A stretch of 54,964 nucleotides of DNA from Arthrobacter sp. (lineage in GTDB: Bacteria > Actinomycetota > Actinomycetes > Actinomycetales > Micrococcaceae): the NCBI GenBank assembly GCA_036566705.1, contig DATCVX010000098.1, positions 1-54,964 on the forward strand, given 5' to 3'. This document shows, piece after piece, positions 48,581-54,964 of this stretch. The notes under the pieces were generated by a model. The model saw nothing but the letters and a program-made list of their open reading frames with translations, was not told where the DNA came from and did not search any database. Position 1 is the first letter of the stretch; each line of letters begins with the position of its first letter. Position numbers and translations under genes: made by a program.

Positions 48581-49054
48581 TCAAGAATTGTCGCTTGGCT
48601 GCCAGTCTGGCGGCTGAATTAGCTCCACACGATTTCCGTCGGGATCGAGCAGGTAGATCAGCAAGCCTCCTGCAACCGGGCCCGACGTGGGTGCGACCGG
48701 TTCGGACAAGGCGCTGTACCCGAGCGCTGTCATCCTGGCGTAAACCTTGCGCAGGTCAATATTGGTAAAAGCAAGATGTGCAGTCCCCGGCTGCGCCTCT
48801 GATGGGTTAACGGCCGGTGGCGGATCCTCAACCTGGACCAACTCCAAGTTGAAGGTACCGTCTCCCGTTGAGAGCATTAGTGCTTTGACCGTAACGTCCG
48901 GACGGCCGTAAAGTTCGCCGACGTATGGGCCCGATGTCCACGATTTCAAGCGGGCAAGGCCAAGCCCTTCCACGTAGAAGCGTGCGCTGCGCTCGATGTC
49001 CGTGACGTGCAGGGCAGTGTGATGATGTCGAATCGCAGTTTTCATTTCACTCAC
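48581..49054 (-). CDS. VOC (glyoxalase-like) family protein
   Basis: 'HHTALHVTDIERSARFY...LGL', 'LELVQ', 'HLAF', 'DPDGNRVELIQ'. Confidence 0.9.
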   Translation of the reverse strand: MSEMKTAIRHHHTALHVTDIERSARFYVEGLGLARLKSWTSGPYVGELYGRPDVTVKALMLSTGDGTFNLELVQVEDPPPAVNPSEAQPGTAHLAFTNIDLRKVYARMTALGYSALSEPVAPTSGPVAGGLLIYLLDPDGNRVELIQPPDWQPSDNS

Positions 49055-49099
49055 CTAAACATTCCCGAGGGGCTTGAACTGGACCAAGAGAACGGACAT
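49055..49099 (-). CDS. Putative 14-aa micro-ORF MSVLLVQFKPLGNV
   Basis: SD GAGGAG; its TAG directly abuts the VOC GTG at 49054. Confidence 0.4.
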   Translation of the reverse strand: MSVLLVQFKPLGNV

Positions 49100-49262
49100 T
49101 TCGTTTTCTCCTCGTAGATTCAGACTTTGACTTCGCTTGGGTTGCCCAGGCACAGCCTTGAGGGGTCGGTGCTGGGTTTGCCTGGCGTATGGGTCCGCTG
49201 GGTTGCCACCCGCAAAAAGGGTGTGTGGTTGGCTCATGATTGCGCGGCACCGTGCAGGGCGT

Positions 49263-50012
49263 TCAGGTTCCGATTCCCAGGTGTGCTCCGCCGGCCACAT
49301 CGAGAGACACTCCGGTGATGTAGCGGTTGTCGGGATCGGTCAGGAAAAGGATGGCGCGGGCGACTTCGTCGGGTTCGGCAAACCGGCGCATCGGCAGTTG
49401 CGCTGCCCGCTTCGCCCGGTTGGCAGCCGCATCCGGGCCTGAATCTTTGGCAAACTGGGCCCACATGGGTGTGTTCACCGGACCTGGTGCGACGGCGTTG
49501 ACAGAGATGCCCCGAGGCCCAAGCAATTCTGCAAAGGACCACATGATGTGTAGGACTGCGAGTTTGCTCGCGTTGTATGGCAGGTAGTTCAGGCGGGCTT
49601 CTTTGGCCGCGACGGAGGATAAGACCACGATGGCGCCGGCCGTGCCGGACTCAAGCATTGACTTTGCCGTCTCTCGTACCATCGAGAACGTTGCAGAGGC
49701 ATTGATCCTCAGAATGGAATCGAACTCTTCTGTGGTTGTCTCCATAATGTCCGGCGTGGTGCCGAGCACTCCTGCTGCATGGACGAGGACGTCGATGCGG
49801 CCGAATCTGGCTTTGATGTCCTGGATAACCGTTGCGCATTGTTGCTCGGACGTGATGTCGAGAGGATAGAAGGCCCCCAGCGCCTGATCCTCCTTGGGGG
49901 AACGATCAGCGCCGACGACGAGGGCGCCTGCGGCTACGAATGCGCTGACAGCAGCATCGCCGATTCCCCCGCTCGATCCGGTTACCAGGACCACCTGGTC
50001 TTTGAGGCTCAT
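49263..50012 (-). CDS. SDR family NAD(P)-dependent oxidoreductase
   Basis: TGSSGGIG, 'HAAG', YNASK, 'VNAVAPGPVNT'. Confidence 0.93.
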   Translation of the reverse strand: MSLKDQVVLVTGSSGGIGDAAVSAFVAAGALVVGADRSPKEDQALGAFYPLDITSEQQCATVIQDIKARFGRIDVLVHAAGVLGTTPDIMETTTEEFDSILRINASATFSMVRETAKSMLESGTAGAIVVLSSVAAKEARLNYLPYNASKLAVLHIMWSFAELLGPRGISVNAVAPGPVNTPMWAQFAKDSGPDAAANRAKRAAQLPMRRFAEPDEVARAILFLTDPDNRYITGVSLDVAGGAHLGIGT

Positions 50013-50083
50013 CAGTTATCCCCACTCTGCTTGCGGCTGCGCCGCGGTTCGCCTGCGGTCGGAGCGTGAGTTGCTCGCTTCAT
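50012..50083 (-). CDS. Putative 23-aa micro-ORF MKRATHAPTAGEPRRSRKQSGDN
   Basis: SD TAAGGA; TGA overlaps the SDR ATG (TGATG). Confidence 0.45.
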   Translation of the reverse strand: MKRATHAPTAGEPRRSRKQSGDN

Positions 50084-50136
50084 GTCTAAGTTCCTTAATT
50101 AGGGCTGTTCAGCCGACGGTTGCCTGTTGTTCAGGT

Positions 50137-51135
50137 TTATTGGTGATGCGACGGGGCGACCACGCCTTCAGCTCTGGATGTTGCGGCTGCCGGGACTGCA
50201 TCGGCGATTTCCGTAGCGCGGAGTGCCTGGGCGAATGTGACTGCAGGGGTTCCACCCGTGCAAAACTTCAGTGCCATCTCTGCTTGGCGAAGGAAGAGGT
50301 CGGAGGGCTCAAAGGTCGTGTCATACTGGCCACCGTCACGCTCCCACACGTGAAGGGAGTCGTTGGACCATAACATCCGGCCCTCAGTGGCCAGGACGTC
50401 GATGGTGAGGCTCCAGTCGCCCTGATTGAGTCCTTGAGGCTCCTGCCAGGGAGACCAGTAGCTCTGCATGGTGAATATGACGCCCTCAGGAAATTCGAGC
50501 GTGGAGACGACGTGCTCCGGTACCGGTGACCCATAGAGGCTGCTGCTGGCGCTGCTGGCCAGTACTTTCGGGTAGCCGTCAAACCATGATGAGACTAACT
50601 CAATGGCGTGAATGCCATTCACTACAGCGACGCCGCCCTCCTTCGGGTCAGCGCGCCATGAGTGGACGTTCTGTTTATGGGCGACGGAACGAACAGACAC
50701 GGCGATTACGTTCTTGTTCCTGATCCATTGAGAGACAAGTGTGGCGGCGGGATGTTGGTGGAGCGTATACCCGACCATGAGTCGCTCGTTTACGCCCCAA
50801 GCGGCAGCCAGGACGGAAGCACCTTCGGCATCTGCGGCCACAGGCTTTTCAGTCAACACATGGAATCCCCTGTTCAGCAGATCTGCGCATATGGCCGGTT
50901 GCATGGTGGTCGGTAGCGCTACGACTACCAGGTCCAAGTCTTCGGGTTGTAGTTCCGCGGTACTGGGCACCAGCTGTGCGCCCAGCTCCTGGGCGAGGGC
51001 AACGCCGCGCCCGTCTTTCTCCACAAGGATGGTGACATTGGCACCTGCCGCGGCGAATGCCCGCGCGTGCCGTGATCCGGCCCAGCCGGCCGCTCCCACG
51101 ACGGCGACGCGCGGGCCATGTGCCGTTGCCGTCAT
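50137..51135 (-). CDS. Gfo/Idh/MocA family oxidoreductase
   Basis: 'VAVVGAAGWAG', 'HVLTEKP', 'GG...NGIHAIE'. Confidence 0.88.
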   Translation of the reverse strand: MTATAHGPRVAVVGAAGWAGSRHARAFAAAGANVTILVEKDGRGVALAQELGAQLVPSTAELQPEDLDLVVVALPTTMQPAICADLLNRGFHVLTEKPVAADAEGASVLAAAWGVNERLMVGYTLHQHPAATLVSQWIRNKNVIAVSVRSVAHKQNVHSWRADPKEGGVAVVNGIHAIELVSSWFDGYPKVLASSASSSLYGSPVPEHVVSTLEFPEGVIFTMQSYWSPWQEPQGLNQGDWSLTIDVLATEGRMLWSNDSLHVWERDGGQYDTTFEPSDLFLRQAEMALKFCTGGTPAVTFAQALRATEIADAVPAAATSRAEGVVAPSHHQ

Positions 51136-51182
51136 GATGTCGGGACGCCGAAGATGATGCCAGGGACAAAGCAGTTGACCAT
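51132..51182 (-). CDS. Putative 16-aa leader micro-ORF MVNCFVPGIIFGVPTS
   Basis: SD AAGGGAG; TGA overlaps the Gfo ATG (ATGA); N-terminus resembles the 43945-44055 peptide. Confidence 0.5.
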   Translation of the reverse strand: MVNCFVPGIIFGVPTS

Positions 51183-51188
51183 AATGTC

Positions 51189-51287
51189 TCTCCCTTGAGA
51201 TCGGTTACGTTCTTTTCGTGTCAGTGAGATCGGTTGCTGAGATCGGTTGCAATAAACTTATGGTCCCAAGAAGGGTCTGTCAAGGAT
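51189..51287 (-). promoter_or_regulatory. Second copy of the promoter/operator cassette (TTGACA 51283-51278, 17 bp, TAAGTT 51260-51255; operators 51238-51251, 51225-51238, 51196-51209)
   Basis: 36-bp block identical to 43874-43909 on the opposite strand. Confidence 0.85.
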
Positions 51288-51375
51288 CTATGTGGTTCGG
51301 GTTTCGGGGCCAGGCGTTCTCATTGTCTGTGTAGATGATTTCGGGTTTGTGATCTACTGCAGCCGGGCTCTGCCC

Positions 51376-52662
51376 TCAGGTTCTTGCCTCGTTGGCGCCT
51401 GGGCGTGCCACCCGGAAGGCGTCTTCGAGCAAGCGTGGCTTGTTGACCATCACGGCTCCTACCGAAAGCACCGCAAGCCAGGCTCCGAGCATGCCGAACG
51501 AGGGCAGCCAGCCGTCGCCTGGATGATGCAGGAGACCAAAAAAGAACGGGCCAACGCTCGCGAGGGCGTAGCCGACTCCCTGGGCGAACCCGGATAGGCT
51601 CCCTGAACCGGATTGCGTTCGTGTTCGCTTATTGATCATCGTGAACGCGAAGGCGTACGCGCCTTGGCCAAGTCCAGCTATGACGACCCAGACCACTGCA
51701 GAGGCTGGTGGAGCAAAGATGATGCCTCCGTAACCCACGGCGAATGCGAGGACCAACAGGATTGCGACGGGTAGCGGGCGAAGCATTCTCACCACTGCCA
51801 GAGGCACAATCAGGGCGACAGGCACGGTGAGGATTGAATAGAGCGCCAGCATGGATCCAGCGGTTTCCTGACTCATTCCTCTGTCGACAAGAACAGCCGG
51901 AAGCCAACTGAGCGCCGCGAAAGTATTGCTCGAGCAACCAGCGAAGATCAGTGCTGCACCCCAGCCAATTGATGATCTCCAGGGTTTGATCGCGTTCGCA
52001 GGGGGAGACGGCCCATCGCGGGCTGGTGATGTCTTGGAGCGGGCAACAGTCCGCTTGCCTGCAAGAAGAATCAGCCAAGGCATCGCAGCGACCGCGCTGA
52101 CGGCCGCCCAAATGCCGATGGAGAACCGCCAGCCATAAAGATTGCCCAAGGGTATGGCGGATTGGGCGGCCACAGCCGTGCTGGCGCCCAGGAGACTTAT
52201 GTGGAGCGTTGCGAGGATCCCGGTTTTGTCGGGAAAGTACTTCATCAGCAGAGGCGGAATCACGACATTGACCATCCCGATCCCGAGCATGGCGATCAAG
52301 GTGAACACCAAGAATGCCGGGATGTTCCATCCCAGCGCGCGGCCGCCCTGGCCAAGTGTTGTCAGCAGGATCGAGACCAGCAGCAGGTGTTCCAGCTGGA
52401 TACGCCGGAGGAGCGGCGGAGCCAGGAAACCCATCACCGCGAAGCCGGCGGTCGGCAGCATCCCAAGGATCCCTGTCGTCACCGCGTCGAGGGGAAGGTC
52501 CTCGCTTATTGGACCAAGGAGCGGGGACACCGCCGAAACGGCTTCTCTGGCGCTGAATGCGACCAGCAGGATGCCGGTAAGCGCGGTGAGCCGGCCGCTT
52601 AACGGTTGTCTCCCCGCTCCCCCGATGTGTGGTCTGCCCTGACGCAGGCGAAAGAAAGCTAT
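51376..52662 (-). CDS. MFS transporter (CynX/NimT-like), probable ATA start
   Basis: Many TMs, 'GSLSGFAQGVGYALA'; the frame extends upstream of GTG 52530 through a TM1-like segment to ATA 52662, 5 nt after GGAGGTG. Confidence 0.8.
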   Translation of the reverse strand: MAFFRLRQGRPHIGGAGRQPLSGRLTALTGILLVAFSAREAVSAVSPLLGPISEDLPLDAVTTGILGMLPTAGFAVMGFLAPPLLRRIQLEHLLLVSILLTTLGQGGRALGWNIPAFLVFTLIAMLGIGMVNVVIPPLLMKYFPDKTGILATLHISLLGASTAVAAQSAIPLGNLYGWRFSIGIWAAVSAVAAMPWLILLAGKRTVARSKTSPARDGPSPPANAIKPWRSSIGWGAALIFAGCSSNTFAALSWLPAVLVDRGMSQETAGSMLALYSILTVPVALIVPLAVVRMLRPLPVAILLVLAFAVGYGGIIFAPPASAVVWVVIAGLGQGAYAFAFTMINKRTRTQSGSGSLSGFAQGVGYALASVGPFFFGLLHHPGDGWLPSFGMLGAWLAVLSVGAVMVNKPRLLEDAFRVARPGANEART

Positions 52663-52765
52663 GTTTTCACCTCCGTATCTTCAGCAGGTTTGTTCAAGCC
52701 AGGTTCCACGGTGCCCGCATCAAAGACTGAAAGTGCAGTGGAGAAAGGGCGAGCTAGGTTGGTTG

Positions 52766-53758
52766 TCAGCTTTCGTTTACTGCGTGGCTGGCCCATTCCC
52801 GTCCGGCTTGCTCTTCTGTTGGCAAACCCGCGGCAGCGAGAATCCGGTCGAGCAAGCGTTGGGTATGGACAGCTTCCCGGCCTGAGGTAAGCGGCTGCGC
52901 CCTGTCAGCAACCCGGTCCAGGAAATGATGAACGGCGGCCGAAAACCCCAGCGTGTCTGTCGCAGTAGCCCAGCCATAGGCCTCGGCGCTAAGTTCCCGC
53001 GATGTGGTGACACCGTTGACCGTGGTCGAAACCGTCTCCGGTGCCCTCACTTCGACGGTCTTTCCGTCGCCGTAGGCGTCCAGTTTTTCGTTCCATGCAC
53101 CTGCCGTACGGGCTGCCATCAGGACGCCCGTGTTCCCGGTACTGAAGCGGATAGTTGCTGCGACGCCGTCTTCTTCCCAAGGGTCGTCACCGGCGGCGTG
53201 CGCTGCGACGTCCACCGGCTCGCCGCCGCAGTACCAGCGGAGGAGATCAACCATGTGAATGGCGTTCTCGAATGTCGCACGGTATTCCGATCCAGGGCGG
53301 TTTTTCTGGGCGACGCAGAACGTAGCGCCCTTCTCACCGAACGCCTCGCGTCCTGCCCTGTAGACAGGTGCGTAGCGGCGGTTGAAGTCGACCATCAGGA
53401 TGCGGCCCCGCTCATCGGCGAGGTCCGCCAGGCGTTCTGCCTCCTCGGTTGCCGGAGCCAGGGGCTTTTCGCAAAACACGTCGACGTCGCGGTCCAGGCA
53501 CAGTTGGACGGCGTGGGCGTGCTCAGAGCGTGGCGTCAGGACGAAAACTGCATCCAGCTCCTGGGAGGCCAGCATGTCCTCCACCGTTTTGTAGGCGGCG
53601 TTGAAGCCCCAGCGCCGGACCAGGCTGCCCGGGTCATCACGCCGGGACACCAGAGCGGCCAACTCGACATCATCGCGTTGGACGAGGGTGGGCAATTGGG
53701 CAATGGTGGCGATATTGCCCGCGCCGACAACTCCGACGCGCAGACGGGTGGTGGTCAT
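52766..53758 (-). CDS. Gfo/Idh/MocA family oxidoreductase
   Basis: 'VGVVGAGNIA', 'VFCEKPLA', 'FNRRY', 'ENAIHMVD'. Confidence 0.92.
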   Translation of the reverse strand: MTTTRLRVGVVGAGNIATIAQLPTLVQRDDVELAALVSRRDDPGSLVRRWGFNAAYKTVEDMLASQELDAVFVLTPRSEHAHAVQLCLDRDVDVFCEKPLAPATEEAERLADLADERGRILMVDFNRRYAPVYRAGREAFGEKGATFCVAQKNRPGSEYRATFENAIHMVDLLRWYCGGEPVDVAAHAAGDDPWEEDGVAATIRFSTGNTGVLMAARTAGAWNEKLDAYGDGKTVEVRAPETVSTTVNGVTTSRELSAEAYGWATATDTLGFSAAVHHFLDRVADRAQPLTSGREAVHTQRLLDRILAAAGLPTEEQAGREWASHAVNES

Positions 53759-54657
53759 CAGGCGTTCCTCACTTCAGCGAGACCGGAAAGCATTGAGCGC
53801 AGGACGGCGGCGGATTCGCGGAATCCGTCCTCGGGCGCGGGGAGGTCTTGCGGGTGCCAGCGGTACTCGAGTTCGATGCTCAGCACGTCGTCGTAGCCAT
53901 GCTGCAGCAACCCGGCGAGGATTTGAGTCCATGGAACGACGCCGCTTCCGACTACGCGGGATCGGACGGCCCGCTCGGAAGCGTTGACCCGGGCTGTTTC
54001 CGTGGCGCGGAAGGCCGCGTTGGGATCGGTGAAAACGAGGTCCTTCACGTGAACATGACCGATCAGGTTACCTTGAACAGCGAGGGCCTGTTCGTACGTT
54101 TCGTCGTGGGTGAATGTCAGGTTCGCCTGGTCATAGAGAACGCGGACGGCCGGATGGGCAATTTCCCGGACAAGGGCAGCTGTGTCCGCCGCGGTCTGGG
54201 TCATGGTGCCGAAGTGGTTTTCCACGCAAAGGCGAACCCCGGCCTGGTCTGCTTCGGGCGCGAGGGCCTCCAATGCTTCACGCAGTTTTGCCCAACGCGC
54301 CGCATGGTCGTTGTCCCCGGGGTGCCACGAACCAGCATAGACGCGGACCCGGTCAGCGCCGAGCAGGTGCGCGGTCTCTATGGCGCCACGGAATTCATCG
54401 ACTGCTGTGCGCCATTCCACGTCGTCCAGTGAGTTGATGGCCGTTGTGTAAGGCGTCAGACCCACGATGGGTACCCCCGCGCTTTCGGCCGCTTTCAGAG
54501 CCTCCGTCGCGGCACGCCGGTCACCTAATGGCAATCCTGATTTGTAGTCATTCTGGTAGATGACTTCGGCGGCATCGAGCCCTGCGGCTCGGAATAGATC
54601 AAGTGCTTGGGGAACCGTGTGGTCCGGGGTGCCTAGTGTGTGACCGGCTAGCCGCAT
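53758..54657 (-). CDS. Sugar phosphate isomerase/epimerase family (xylose-isomerase-like TIM barrel) metalloenzyme
   Basis: Metal-ligand motifs 'VENH', 'YDQAN', 'HVHVKD', 'SIELE'. Confidence 0.9.
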   Translation of the reverse strand: MRLAGHTLGTPDHTVPQALDLFRAAGLDAAEVIYQNDYKSGLPLGDRRAATEALKAAESAGVPIVGLTPYTTAINSLDDVEWRTAVDEFRGAIETAHLLGADRVRVYAGSWHPGDNDHAARWAKLREALEALAPEADQAGVRLCVENHFGTMTQTAADTAALVREIAHPAVRVLYDQANLTFTHDETYEQALAVQGNLIGHVHVKDLVFTDPNAAFRATETARVNASERAVRSRVVGSGVVPWTQILAGLLQHGYDDVLSIELEYRWHPQDLPAPEDGFRESAAVLRSMLSGLAEVRNA

Positions 54658-54660
54658 TGT

Positions 54661-54964
54661 TTATGTCCTTTCTGAAATGTTTGGAGGTGCTGCCCAGTCC
54701 GTGGGACCGACCAGCCGGGGCGGGGCTGCGACGCGGGATCGATCCACGATTTCCATCAGCATTCCCCAAGGCGTGATGAAGTAGGTCCAGCGATTGCCGG
54801 CTACTCGGGGGCTGTCACCGGCGACTTCTTTGCGCTCACCGAGCACGCGTACTCCAGGTGTTGACTGCAGCACTGCGATCGCTTCGTCGACGTCGTCCAC
54901 GACGAAGCACAGGTGGTGGCCGCCGGCGTCGCAGTGCCGCGGCGGGGTATCACGCCGCTCAGCG
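54661..54964 (-). CDS. VOC family protein (5'-truncated by window edge)
   Basis: 'GGHHLCFVVDDVDEA...WTYFITPWGMLMEIV'. Confidence 0.8.
   Translation of the reverse strand, partial: AERRDTPPRHCDAGGHHLCFVVDDVDEAIAVLQSTPGVRVLGERKEVAGDSPRVAGNRWTYFITPWGMLMEIVDRSRVAAPPRLVGPTDWAAPPNISERT

Noticed and set aside
1-54964. tRNA, rRNA, integrase or att sites delimiting the DosR island
   Set aside because: None recognised, so mobility of the island remains an inference.

Overview
High-GC actinobacterial DNA; the gene content suggests Arthrobacter/Micrococcaceae (inference). No rRNA, tRNA or CRISPR array was seen. (1) ~1-35.9 kb is a clustered DosR/DevR-type hypoxia/dormancy island. It holds convergent devR/devS, three USPs, Hsp20, ppsA-pfkA, two P-type ATPases, two Zn-ADHs, two flavodoxins, two PNPOx-like genes (one with an in-frame TGA), a HAD-GH65 fusion, a Tat multicopper oxidase and two SHOCT proteins. 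Fourteen DosR-box-like 14-mers lie in its promoter regions. (2) ~35.9-43.8 kb is a mosaic of an orphan Trypco1 gene, an ABC-2 exporter, a GT28, a TetR/OYE pair with a duplicated operator, an IS3-like remnant and a frameshifted DUF6036 nucleotidyltransferase. (3) ~43.8-55 kb is an uncharacterised sugar/glycoside catabolic cluster. Two convergent operons share a duplicated promoter cassette (36 bp identical, three LacI-type operators each). Four genes are each preceded by an unannotated SD-led micro-ORF (14-36 aa) whose stop overlaps or abuts the downstream start, and two of these peptides have similar N-termini. This micro-ORF-coupled regulon and the DosR island are the best candidates for undescribed systems. 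All family calls come from recognising motifs by eye; no database search was run.
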